Notes: generated by a model not told the origin, from the sequence alone. A stretch of DNA of 18,790 nt from Deltaproteobacteria bacterium (GCA_032128115.1 JAQBHB010000028.1:1-18790), one strand, 5' to 3'; positions 1-8,613 are shown, counted from the first letter of the stretch. Numbers and translations are program-made.

Positions 1-2
1 TC

Positions 3-1865
3 GTCAATATCAAGGTCGATCGAGAGGAGCGTCCCGACGTCGACCGGGTGTACATGGATGTCGTTCAAACCATGACCGGGCGCGGTGGGTGGCCGATGAC
101 CGTGTTTCTGACGCCGGAGCGCAAACCCTTCTTCGCCGGCACCTACTACCCCCCGACCGATCGCCATGGTCACCCCTCCATTCTCCGGGTCATGGCGGCG
201 GTAAGCGAGGCGTGGGTGGAGCGGCGGGCCGAGGTCACCGCTCAGGCAGACCATCTCGCCGCGACTGTGGCCGTACCCGCCCCCGTCGCCTCGGGGATCC
301 CCGACCGCAGCGCCCTGACGGAGGCCGTCGCCGCGATCGTGCGGGACTTCGATCCCACCCATGGCGGCTTTGGGGGAGCACCCAAGTTCCCCCAGACCCC
401 GACTCTCGAATTCCTGCTGCGGGCCACTGCCATCGGGTTGGCTCCGGAGGCGGCGAGGGCGCTACATCAGACACTCGACGCCATGGCGCGGGGAGGGATT
501 CGAGACCACATCGGCGGAGGCTTTGCCCGCTATTCCGTAGACCACAAGTGGTTGATCCCCCACTTCGAGAAGATGCTCTACGACAACGCCCTGCTGGCAC
601 TGGACTACCTGGAGGCGTGGCAGGTGACCGGGCGCGAAGACTTCGCGCGGGTGGCGCGCGAGATCCTGACCTATGTCTCGCGCGAGATGACCGCGCCCGG
701 GGGCGGCTTCTACTCGGCCACCGACGCGGACAGTCCCGGGCCCGAGGGCGAGCCCGAGGAGGGCTGGTTCTTCACCTGGACTCCGGCCGAAATCGACGGG
801 GCCCTCGATCGGCCCAGCGCCGCCGCCGTGAAGGCCTGGTACGGGGTGACCAACTCTGGGAATCATGAGGGACGCAACATCCTGCACACGGAACGCGATC
901 GTCGTAAGGTCGCGAAAGAGCTCGACCTGCGCCCGGAAGAGCTCGACTCCACCCTGGCCGCCGCGCGCGAACGCCTCTATCGGGTGCGCAGCCACCGCCC
1001 GCCGCCGCACCGCGACGACAAGATCCTGGTGGCGTGGAACGGACTGATGATTTCGGCTTTTGCCCGGGCGGGCTTCGCCTTTGGCGACGAGCGCTGGGTT
1101 TCGGCGGCGGCGCGCGCGGCGGACTTCGCGCTTGCGCACATGCGCAAGGGCGGCCGGTTGGAACGCGTCTACACCAACGGAAGGGCGCAGGGCCCCGCGT
1201 TCCTCGACGACTACGCCTTCTTCATCGCCGGGCTGATCGATCTCTACGAAGCGCAGCCCGACCCGCGTTGGCTGAAGGCCGCAATCGAGCTGCAGGAAGC
1301 GCTCGACCGCCACTACGCCGATACCGGTGGCGGCGGCTACTTCCGGACCGCCGCCGATCACGAGCAGCTGCTCGCTCGCGAGAAGCCCGGGCGCGACGGT
1401 GCGGTGCCGTCGGGAAACTCGGTGGCCGCCCTCAACCTGTTGCGCCTGGCGGAGCTCACGGGCGACGACGCCTACACGGAGCGCGTGGTGATGCTCTTCT
1501 CGGCCTATCACGAGCTTCTGACGCGCTCCCCCACCTCCGTCTCGGAGCTGCTGCTCGCGCTCGACTACTACCTGGACGCCACCAAGGAGATCGTGGTGGT
1601 GCGGCCCGCCAGTGGCGGAGACCTGCCGGCGCTGCTCGCCCCGCTGCGCGGCGCGTTCGTCCCCAACCGGGTGTTGATGGTCGTGACCGAGGGCAACGAT
1701 CTCGAGGCCCACGCCTCCCTGGTGCCCCTGGTGGCGGGCAAGCGCGCCCGCCTGGGGGAAGTCACCGCCTACGTGTGCGAGAACCGGGTCTGCGATTTTC
1801 CCACGTCGGACCCGGCTGTCTTCGAGAAGCAGATCCGCGCGGTGGTGAAGATCGAGTCGGACTAA
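3..1865 (+). CDS. Thioredoxin domain-containing protein, YyaL/SSP411 family (5'-partial)
   Basis: The frame is open from base 3 (VNIKVDREERPDVD). Family motifs are GRGGWPMTVFLTP, GGFGGAPKFP, PHFEKMLYDNA, RDDKILVAWNGLMI, FLDDYA, DGAVPSGNS and AYVCENRVC. Confidence 0.93.
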   Translation, partial: VNIKVDREERPDVDRVYMDVVQTMTGRGGWPMTVFLTPERKPFFAGTYYPPTDRHGHPSILRVMAAVSEAWVERRAEVTAQADHLAATVAVPAPVASGIPDRSALTEAVAAIVRDFDPTHGGFGGAPKFPQTPTLEFLLRATAIGLAPEAARALHQTLDAMARGGIRDHIGGGFARYSVDHKWLIPHFEKMLYDNALLALDYLEAWQVTGREDFARVAREILTYVSREMTAPGGGFYSATDADSPGPEGEPEEGWFFTWTPAEIDGALDRPSAAAVKAWYGVTNSGNHEGRNILHTERDRRKVAKELDLRPEELDSTLAAARERLYRVRSHRPPPHRDDKILVAWNGLMISAFARAGFAFGDERWVSAAARAADFALAHMRKGGRLERVYTNGRAQGPAFLDDYAFFIAGLIDLYEAQPDPRWLKAAIELQEALDRHYADTGGGGYFRTAADHEQLLAREKPGRDGAVPSGNSVAALNLLRLAELTGDDAYTERVVMLFSAYHELLTRSPTSVSELLLALDYYLDATKEIVVVRPASGGDLPALLAPLRGAFVPNRVLMVVTEGNDLEAHASLVPLVAGKRARLGEVTAYVCENRVCDFPTSDPAVFEKQIRAVVKIESD

Positions 1866-2647
1866 CGCCGTCCGCGCTTGCGCCCGATCGCCGCCAGGCC
1901 TGCAGTTCCCACGCCCAGCAGCAGCAGCATGCCGGGCTCCGGCACGAAGCGGAGCCGGAGGGCCGTGAATACCGGAGTCGGACCTACGTCGGTGACCACT
2001 GTGGACGGCGTCACGAACTGCACCACGCCGCCATCGTCGGCCGTAGACGAGCTGAGGGAGGCCGGGCCGTGGGCGAAGCCCGCGACCGTGGTGGTTCCGC
2101 TGGCGGTGGAGGCGATGCCCAGGGTCCAGGGGTTCCCCTGCAGGTTCAGATTGATGACGCCTGAGCCCGAGATGGATCCGCCGCCGAGCCCGACGCCCCG
2201 GGTGCCTGCCACCGTGAGGGGAATGTTTCCCGTGAAGAAGCAGCCGAAGACACAGACGGTGGCAGCTCCTCCCACCGCCAGCGTCCTCGAGCCCGGTGCG
2301 AGGGGGCCACCCGGGCCCGTGCGTGCCAGGGTGCCGGTGCCGAGTGTGGCCACGGCGGTGATGAGCGTGAGCGGCGAACTGGGATCCGTGAGCGGCACCA
2401 CTGTGGCCGTGGTGATGCCCCCAGCCAGGCGCAGGGTGTTCAGGTGCCCGAGACCCCCGGAGCCGTTGACCGTTGCCACGCCGGTGCCCACGCCGGCGAC
2501 CGCCTGGGATGTGAAAAGGGACACGAAGAGGGTGCCCTGCCACTGCAGGGTGGCCGCCCGGGCGATGGAGGGGCCGCTGGCCAGGACCAGGGCCGCCGTT
2601 GCCATCGGCGCGAGCTTTCGAAGCCGGGGATTCCAGGAGTTGCGCAT
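1862..2647 (-). CDS. PEP-CTERM sorting domain-containing surface protein
   Basis: N-terminal signal peptide (ATAALVLASGPSIARA), a Gly/Thr-rich body, and a C-terminal VPEP followed by a hydrophobic helix and basic tail (VPEPGMLLLLGVGTAGLAAIGRKRGRR). Confidence 0.9.
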   Translation of the reverse strand: MRNSWNPRLRKLAPMATAALVLASGPSIARAATLQWQGTLFVSLFTSQAVAGVGTGVATVNGSGGLGHLNTLRLAGGITTATVVPLTDPSSPLTLITAVATLGTGTLARTGPGGPLAPGSRTLAVGGAATVCVFGCFFTGNIPLTVAGTRGVGLGGGSISGSGVINLNLQGNPWTLGIASTASGTTTVAGFAHGPASLSSSTADDGGVVQFVTPSTVVTDVGPTPVFTALRLRFVPEPGMLLLLGVGTAGLAAIGRKRGRR

Positions 2648-2732
2648 CTTTTGCAGCTCCGCCGTCCGTTGGGCTGGTCGCCCCCCATTTTAACCCAGGG
2701 GAAACCCAGACGGGCCGGAATCGGCGCGGGAG

Positions 2733-4784
2733 TCAGTCGGTCTTGAATCGACCGATCTCTTCGTCGAGCTGGCGGGATCGAGCCAGCAGGCGCGCCACCA
2801 TGGTGTTGATGGCCTCGGTGTGCCGGCTGTTTTCTTCCATGACGTGGCGGAACACTTCCAGGGCGTGGTGAATGGTTTCGGCACTCTGGGTCTGGGCCTG
2901 GGTGGCCTCCGCGATCTGGTGGATGCGTTCGGCCACGTTGTTCACCGCATTGGTGATGAGGCTGCTGCCCTGCCTCTGCTCGTCGGTCGAGCGACGAACG
3001 TCCTCGCCCAGCCTGCGGATGTTGTGCACGGCCTTCGCGATCTCGGTGGTGCCCTGATGCTGGTCGCGGGCAGACTGGTCGATCGCCTCGACGATCCGCC
3101 GCACGTCGTTCATGGCCTGGTCCACCCGGTCGAGATCTTCGCTCTGGCGAGCCGATGCATCGGCGATCTCACGGACTCGCGTGGTGGAGTTCTCGGATTT
3201 CTCGATGATCTTCGCCAGCACCTTGCCCGCCACGTTGGAGCGCTGCACGCCCTTCTCGACCACGGCCGAGCCACCGTCCACCGCGGCCACCGCGGCGGCG
3301 GTTTCGTTCTGCACCGCGCGGATGATGCGGGCGATCTCCCGTGTGGAGTGATGGGTCCGGTTGGCCAGGCTCTTGATCTGCTCCGCCACCACGGAGAACG
3401 GTTTGCCGTGCTCGCCGGCCTGTGCCGCGATGATCGATGCGTTGAGCGAGAGCAGGCTCGTCTGCTCTGCCACCTCGCTGATCACCTGGACGATCTCGTC
3501 GATGGATTGGGACTGCTCGGCCAGGCCCGACACGGAGTGCTCCAGCTGGGCGAAGCTGGTGGAGATCTCCTTCATGGCGAGGATGGTCTCGTTCACCGCC
3601 TGCATGCCCTTGCTGGCCTCCTGGCTGGTGTCTTCCGAGAGGGCGTGGCTTTCATCGGCGTTGTCCCGGACCTGACGCACCGACGCACTCAGCTGCGCCA
3701 GGCTCACCAGGGCGCCATCGGTGGCGGTGAGCAGGGTCGTTACGCCTCCCACCACCTGGTCGATGTTTTCTGCCACCAGGTTGGCGGCCGTGGATGTGGT
3801 GTCGATCGATTCGTTGAGCAGGTCCATGTGGCTGGCGATCTCGCCGATCGAGATCTCCATCTCGTAGATGGACGACGAGGTTGCGCGCGCCGAAACCGCA
3901 AGCTGCTCGGCGTTGGCGTTTACTCCCTGGCTCGAGACCCGCACCTGCTCGGCGGAATCGGTAGTGTCGGCGATGGCGGCCATCTGGCGCTGGACCTCGA
4001 CGGACATCTGGCTGCCGCTCTCTCGCAGCGCGTCCGAGACTTCGCCCACTTCGCCGATGCTCTCGCGCACCTGGATCACCAGCTTCTGCAGGCCCAGGAC
4101 CATGGCGTTGAAGGCGCGGGCCAGGGCCCCGATCTCGTCGTCGGTCATGATGGCCACACGGATCGAAAGGTCGCCGGCGGCGATGGCGCTGGCGCTCCGC
4201 GCCAGCGCCTCCAGGGGGCGTGCCACCTGCTGCTGCAGCCGGCTCGAGATGGCCGCGGCGACGCCGGCGACGGCGATGAGCAGGCCCGCGATGATCACCA
4301 TGTAGCGCTCGATGCGCCGGCTCAGCGCCTTTGTGTCCCAGCGGATGAAGAGGGTGCCGATCGGAGTCCCGTCGAAGACGACGCGCCGCCTCAGGTCCAG
4401 GTGCTCGCCCTGGAACTCTTGTCCGGCCTTTCCCGGCGGCGGTGGGACGAAGCCACCGGCAGCGCTCTCGTTGGACACGTAGCGGGAGAAGACGTTGCCC
4501 TGACGGTCGTAGATCACTGCGGCCAGCACCGAATCGGCGGCGCTCAGCGCCCCCAGGGTCTCCGCGGCCGATGCCGAGTCGTCGAGGGTGAGTGCTGCGG
4601 CGCTGTTGATCCCGATCACCTGCGCCACGGTCCCGGCGCCTTCGGTCATGGACCGCTTCAGGGTGATCACGTCGTAGGCGGTGAAGACCAGGCACGCCAG
4701 CAGCAGTGAGCCCGCGCTGGTGAACAGCACGGTCAGTGTGAGCTTGCGGCTGATCGATCGCTCGATTGGTCTCGGCACTGTCAA
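2733..4784 (-). CDS. Methyl-accepting chemotaxis protein (TM, CHASE8-like sensor, TM, HAMP, long signalling domain)
   Basis: Two TM segments, a HAMP domain ([17 protein letters not shown]...[13 protein letters not shown]) and a signalling tip ([35 protein letters not shown]). GGGAG lies upstream of the start region. Confidence 0.93.
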   Translation of the reverse strand: MTVPRPIERSISRKLTLTVLFTSAGSLLLACLVFTAYDVITLKRSMTEGAGTVAQVIGINSAAALTLDDSASAAETLGALSAADSVLAAVIYDRQGNVFSRYVSNESAAGGFVPPPPGKAGQEFQGEHLDLRRRVVFDGTPIGTLFIRWDTKALSRRIERYMVIIAGLLIAVAGVAAAISSRLQQQVARPLEALARSASAIAAGDLSIRVAIMTDDEIGALARAFNAMVLGLQKLVIQVRESIGEVGEVSDALRESGSQMSVEVQRQMAAIADTTDSAEQVRVSSQGVNANAEQLAVSARATSSSIYEMEISIGEIASHMDLLNESIDTTSTAANLVAENIDQVVGGVTTLLTATDGALVSLAQLSASVRQVRDNADESHALSEDTSQEASKGMQAVNETILAMKEISTSFAQLEHSVSGLAEQSQSIDEIVQVISEVAEQTSLLSLNASIIAAQAGEHGKPFSVVAEQIKSLANRTHHSTREIARIIRAVQNETAAAVAAVDGGSAVVEKGVQRSNVAGKVLAKIIEKSENSTTRVREIADASARQSEDLDRVDQAMNDVRRIVEAIDQSARDQHQGTTEIAKAVHNIRRLGEDVRRSTDEQRQGSSLITNAVNNVAERIHQIAEATQAQTQSAETIHHALEVFRHVMEENSRHTEAINTMVARLLARSRQLDEEIGRFKTD

Positions 4785-4883
4785 CTCCCGTCGTCCGCGA
4801 CCGGCTTCGCGAGACCCGGAAGTCGCGAGCTGATCCTGGGCCCTGGCTCGGGGGGACGTCGGACGGGCGCGCCTACGAATCGT

Positions 4884-4911
4884 TTTTCGGCAGGCCCTGG
4901 CGTCGTCTTGA
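4884..4911 (-). promoter_or_regulatory. Putative sigma28 (FliA)-type promoter of the MCP gene
   Basis: The minus strand reads TCAAG-N15-GCCGAAAA about 100 nt upstream of a chemoreceptor gene. The spacer is 1 nt longer than the enteric TAAA-N15-GCCGATAA consensus. Confidence 0.5.
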
Positions 4912-4951
4912 TGAAGCCGGCCCGATTCCGCTGGGACTGGACTGCTTCACC

Positions 4952-4977
4952 CGGAAAGCGTTTTTTCGAACTTTCCG
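4952..4977. promoter_or_regulatory. Dyad, possible transcription factor site
   Basis: CGGAAAG-N12-CTTTCCG with a T-rich spacer, in the divergent intergenic region. Confidence 0.35.
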
Positions 4978-5037
4978 TGACACCTCCCAGCGGTTTGGGC
5001 CACTTAACTTGTAGAAGCCATATCCCCTTCCCAGGGA

Positions 5038-5077
5038 AGGCCCGGAGTTCACATCGGACTCCGGGCCTGCTTTTTTT
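5038..5077 (+). terminator. Rho-independent terminator with no upstream plus-strand CDS
   Basis: Perfect 11-bp stem AGGCCCGGAGT/ACTCCGGGCCT with a 9-nt loop, followed by GC-TTTTTTT. Confidence 0.8.
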
Positions 5078-5134
5078 GGGGGGGACTGCTCCTGACGCCG
5101 ATGGGCAGAGGGGGTCGCTACCATTCTCACCGCC

Positions 5135-5923
5135 ATGCCCCGACCCGTTTCGCCGTCGCCCCCCGACTTCGCAGCGACCGCGGTGGACTACGGGCGCTTC
5201 CGGCAGGGTTTTCCCGACAGCCTGTTCGAGCGGCTCCGCGCCCACGGCGTGGGGCGGCGGGGCCAGAGCCTGGTGGACCTGGGAACCGGCACGGGAACCC
5301 TGGCCCGAGGCTTCGCCAGCCGGGGCTGCCAGGTGATCGGAATCGACCCTGCCGGGCCGCTGCTCGAGCAGGCGCAGCGACTGGACGCGGAGGCGGGCGT
5401 GGGGGTCGAGTACCGGATCGGTCGGGCCGAACAGACCGGCCTCGCCGACGCCTCGGTCGACGTGGTGACGGCCGGACAGTGCTGGCATTGGTTCGATCGC
5501 GCGGCCGCGGCCGCGGAGTGTGCCCGGATCCTGGTACCTGACGGACGCCTGGTGATCGCTCATTTCGACTGGATCCCGCTGGCGGGTAGCGCCGTAGAGG
5601 CCACCGAGAAGCTGATCCAGGAACACAATCCCAACTGGAAGCTCGGGGGTGGCCTCGGGCTGCACCCCTGGTGGCTGCGGGATCTGACGGAGGCCTCGTT
5701 CCGGGAACTCGAGACCTTCTCCTACGACGTGAACGTTCCCTATACCCCCGAGGCGTGGCGGGGCCGGGTGCGCGCGAGCGCGGGCGTCGGGGCGTCCCTT
5801 TCGCTGGAGGCGGTGGAGCGCTTCGACGCTGCCCTGGCCAGCCTGCTGCGCGACCGCTTCCCCGGGGATGTCGTCGCCACTCCCCACCGGGTCTACGCGG
5901 TGGTGGCCACGGGGCCGCGATGA
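5135..5923 (+). CDS. Class I SAM-dependent methyltransferase
   Basis: Motif I VDLGTGTG, then VIGID and VDVVTAGQCWHWFD. Confidence 0.92.
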   Translation: MPRPVSPSPPDFAATAVDYGRFRQGFPDSLFERLRAHGVGRRGQSLVDLGTGTGTLARGFASRGCQVIGIDPAGPLLEQAQRLDAEAGVGVEYRIGRAEQTGLADASVDVVTAGQCWHWFDRAAAAAECARILVPDGRLVIAHFDWIPLAGSAVEATEKLIQEHNPNWKLGGGLGLHPWWLRDLTEASFRELETFSYDVNVPYTPEAWRGRVRASAGVGASLSLEAVERFDAALASLLRDRFPGDVVATPHRVYAVVATGPR

Positions 5924-6702
5924 GGCGGATCGTCCGTCCGTTCCATTCGCACGCCGCGATAGCCCTGGCCGCCCTGATCCCAATGACGCTCTCCCCAATG
6001 ACGCTCTCATGTGTCACCCCCGTGTCGCCCCTTGGCGACTGTGTCTCGGGCAACTGCGTCTCGGGCATGGGCACGGTCGTCCGAGCGGACGGATCCCGTT
6101 ACGCGGGGGAGTTCCGGGACGGGGAGATCGAGGGTCAGGGCACCTACGCCTACCCGGATGGGTCCAGCTATACGGGCCAGTGGAGCGCCAATCACAAGAG
6201 CGGCGAGGGCACGGGGATCATGTCCGACGGCCGGATCTACGTGGGCAGGTGGGAGATGGATCAGGCCAACGGGTGGGGGACGATGACCTTCCCGGAAGGT
6301 GCTCGCTATGTCGGGGAGTTCCGCGACGGGCTTCGCAGCGGGCAGGGAGTGATCCAGTTTCCCGACGGTCGCCTGTACGAGGGCGACTGGCTCTACGACC
6401 AACGCCACGGGCAGGGACAAGCCACGCTTCCGGGGGGGCGCCGGTACAAGGGTGAGTGGCGTTGGGGACAGCCCGATGGGCGTGGAACGATGTCCTGGCC
6501 AGGTGGACGGCGCTATGTGGGCTTCGTGAAAGAGGGGCGCATGGACGGCGAGGGCATCATGACCCACCCGAGCGGCGTGGTGTACGAGGGCAGCTACAGC
6601 CGTGGCCAGCGGGAAGGACAGGGGACGCTCCGGTATCCGGACGGGCGGGTCGAGACCGGCCGGTGGAAGGACGGTGTCCTCGTCGAGCCAACCGCTCGCT
6701 GA
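5920..6702 (+). CDS. MORN-repeat protein, exported or possible lipoprotein
   Basis: The ATG at 5920 overlaps the upstream stop (ATGA). A hydrophobic leader ends in TLSC, followed by CVSGNCVSG and about 8 YxGxW/FxxGxxxGxGxxxxxDG repeats. Confidence 0.9.
   Translation: MRRIVRPFHSHAAIALAALIPMTLSPMTLSCVTPVSPLGDCVSGNCVSGMGTVVRADGSRYAGEFRDGEIEGQGTYAYPDGSSYTGQWSANHKSGEGTGIMSDGRIYVGRWEMDQANGWGTMTFPEGARYVGEFRDGLRSGQGVIQFPDGRLYEGDWLYDQRHGQGQATLPGGRRYKGEWRWGQPDGRGTMSWPGGRRYVGFVKEGRMDGEGIMTHPSGVVYEGSYSRGQREGQGTLRYPDGRVETGRWKDGVLVEPTAR
5979..6008 (+). repeat. Perfect 15-bp tandem duplication
   Basis: CCCAATGACGCTCTC x2, encoding PMTLS-PMTLS. Confidence 0.95.
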
Positions 6703-6840
6703 TGTACCCGGCGCACATCGGCCCCGCGGGGGGTGGGCGGGCGTCGAGTTTTCGGGCCGCGCCTCGCCGCCGATGCTGGCGAACAGCCGATCTTTTGTAG
6801 GACAATTCGAGCGCCCCGAGGGAGAGCGAGGAGGTGCCCG

Positions 6841-7044
6841 TTGGCAACTGGAACCGTGAAGTGGTTTAGCGATCAGAAGGGTTACGGATTCATCAAGCCC
6901 GACGATGGGGGTAAGGACCTGTTCGTGCACTACTCGAACGTCGACGGAGACGGGTTCAAGACCCTGCAGGAAGATCAGAAGGTCGAGTACGAGGCCACGC
7001 AGGGCCAGAAGGGCCCTGAGGCGACACAGGTGCGACCGCTCTGA
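6841..7044 (+). CDS. Cold-shock protein (CspA family), 67 aa, TTG start
   Basis: GGAGG SD before the TTG. The sequence [15 protein letters not shown]...DLFVHYS contains RNP1 and RNP2, and GQKGPEA follows. Confidence 0.96.
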   Translation: MATGTVKWFSDQKGYGFIKPDDGGKDLFVHYSNVDGDGFKTLQEDQKVEYEATQGQKGPEATQVRPL

Positions 7045-7066
7045 CTGCGGCGCCCGCCGCGTCGAT

Positions 7067-7891
7067 TCATTCGAATCCGAAGCGCCCCTGATCGAGCACC
7101 ACGTCTCCGGACCGTGATCGCGTCTGGAAGACCGCCTCGTTGCCCTCGACCCACATGGCGACGCAGAGCGTGTCACCCGGCAGCACCGGCTTCGAGAACC
7201 GGCCCTCCATGGACCGGAAGCGGGCTGGATCCGAGTCGCACAGGCTGTGGAGCAGCGCCCGGCCCGTGAAGCCGTAGGTGCACAGCCCGTGGAGGATCGG
7301 GCGCTCGAAGCCCGCCATCTTCGCGAATTCCGGGTCGGAATGGAGCGGGTTGCGGTCGCCAGAAAGCCGGTAGATCAGGGCCTGGTCGGGTGAGGTCGCG
7401 TACTGGACCTCGTGGTCGGGCTTGCGATCCGGCACCTCCTGTTTTGCGGAAGGACCTCGCTCGCCCCCGAATCCCCCCTCTCCTCGGATGAAGAGGGACA
7501 TCCGGGTCTTGAAGAGCAGGTCGCCGGTAGACGCGTCCCGGGATTCGGAACTCGTGACCACCACCGCTCCCTTGCCCTTGTCCCAGATCGCGTCGATCTG
7601 GCCCGTGCTGGTTACGCTGCCGTCGGCGGGGATGGGCCCGCTGACCTCGATGGCCTGCTCGCCGTGCACGAGCATGGCCGGGTTGAACTTCCCGATCTTG
7701 TCGAAGGGCACGCCCCCGCCACCCACGATCACGGCAAAGGTGGGGAGGACCCGCTGGCCCTTCTCGGTCGAGAAGGGCAGCTCGTCCACGCCAGCACCGA
7801 CGCCCAGCGCGTAGAGCAGGCAATCCTTCGACGTCCAGCTGCGTTCGGTGGGTCCGCCCCGGCTGCCGACGGCGGTGGGATCGATGGCCAT
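7067..7891 (-). CDS. MaoC-family double hot-dog (R)-specific enoyl-CoA hydratase (MFE-2 hydratase-like)
   Basis: Hydratase-2 motif YRLSGDRNPLHSDPEFA, plus LLYALGVG, VHGEQ and PILHGLCTYG. GGAGG SD present. Confidence 0.92.
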   Translation of the reverse strand: MAIDPTAVGSRGGPTERSWTSKDCLLYALGVGAGVDELPFSTEKGQRVLPTFAVIVGGGGVPFDKIGKFNPAMLVHGEQAIEVSGPIPADGSVTSTGQIDAIWDKGKGAVVVTSSESRDASTGDLLFKTRMSLFIRGEGGFGGERGPSAKQEVPDRKPDHEVQYATSPDQALIYRLSGDRNPLHSDPEFAKMAGFERPILHGLCTYGFTGRALLHSLCDSDPARFRSMEGRFSKPVLPGDTLCVAMWVEGNEAVFQTRSRSGDVVLDQGRFGFE

Positions 7892-7954
7892 GGCCTACCT
7901 CCTCGTGGTGGCTCGGGTTACCCTAGCGCGACTCGCCGCACGGGAGGAGTCGAA

Positions 7955-8419
7955 GTGAGAATGTCGGTTCGCTGGATGGCCCATCAAGCCCTGGTCTGTG
8001 CCGTGGTCGCCGGTCTCGCGGTGGGCCTCGTCGCCTGCGGCTCCCAGACGGAGAGCCCGCCGTCCGCGGGATCCGTCGACCTGCCCGGGGCCGAGGAGAG
8101 CCTGGTGCCCACTCCTGGTTTCGAAGGAGTGGCGCTGCCCGAGAGCTTCCCCGACGACGTGCCCCGCTATCCCGGCGCCACGCTGACCGACGTCTCCGTC
8201 GAGTCCGGTGCCAGCATGATCGTCTCGTTCCAGACGGACGACGACGGCGATCAGGTCGGCGACTTCTTCACCGAGTCCCTGAAGTCCAACGGTTGGTGGA
8301 TCGAAAGCGACCAGGGCGGGGGGATCCTGGCCTCCAAGGAGCGGCGAACGGCCAGCGTGATGATTCATGAAGGCCCCCGGGGCAGCCAGGTGGATGTGGT
8401 CCTCATGGGCGGGGAATAG
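7955..8419 (+). CDS. Hypothetical lipoprotein (alternative start ATG 7961)
   Basis: GGAGG SD before the GTG, a hydrophobic leader with lipobox LVAC, an LPESFPDDVPRYPGA motif and an acidic mature region. Confidence 0.75.
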   Translation: MRMSVRWMAHQALVCAVVAGLAVGLVACGSQTESPPSAGSVDLPGAEESLVPTPGFEGVALPESFPDDVPRYPGATLTDVSVESGASMIVSFQTDDDGDQVGDFFTESLKSNGWWIESDQGGGILASKERRTASVMIHEGPRGSQVDVVLMGGE

Positions 8420-8443
8420 AGAATCCCGGGGAATAGAGAATCC
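8410..8443 (+). repeat. Perfect 17-bp tandem duplication spanning the lipoprotein stop codon
   Basis: CGGGGAATAGAGAATCC x2. Confidence 0.95.
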
Positions 8444-8446
8444 AAT

Positions 8447-8473
8447 CGGAAACGGGAAACGGGAAACGGGAAA
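8447..8473 (+). repeat. Heptamer tandem repeat
   Basis: CGGAAA followed by (CGGGAAA)x3 at 8453-8473. Confidence 0.93.
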
Positions 8474-8488
8474 GCGGGAGGACGAGCA

Positions 8489-8593
8489 ATGGCGAGCAGC
8501 AAGAACAAGCAGAAGGTGAAGCGGCATCGACACAAGATGCGCCGCAAGCGCCGCATCAAGCGCCTCAAGGCCGCCGCCTCGGCCCAGTCGTAG
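8489..8593 (+). CDS. Small highly basic protein, 34 aa (absent from the ORF track)
   Basis: MASSKNKQKVKRHRHKMRRKRRIKRLKAAASAQS. GGAGG lies 7 nt upstream, nearly all codons end in G/C, and the ORF fills an otherwise empty gap. Confidence 0.75.
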   Translation: MASSKNKQKVKRHRHKMRRKRRIKRLKAAASAQS

Positions 8594-8613
8594 GGGGCCG
8601 CGCGCGAGCGGTC

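Noticed and set aside
1878..2693. 271-aa Pro/Thr-rich plus-strand ORF
   Set aside because: It is antisense to the PEP-CTERM gene, which has a clear signal peptide and sorting motif.
4995..5013. Sigma54-like TTGGGCCAC...TTGT before the candidate sRNA
   Set aside because: The GG-N10-GC spacing and the -12 GC are not met.
5671..5919. Long N-terminal extensions in the ORF track (MORN here, also Csp, lipoprotein, YqgE, GST and SDR)
   Set aside because: Most overlap upstream genes, and the downstream starts are supported by SD sites, stop-start coupling or family length.
6090..6680. Periodic ~69-nt similarity
   Set aside because: It is explained by MORN protein repeats, not a CRISPR array or DNA repeat element.
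8410..8473. Possible mini-CRISPR
   Set aside because: The repeats are directly tandem, with no spacers and no cas genes.
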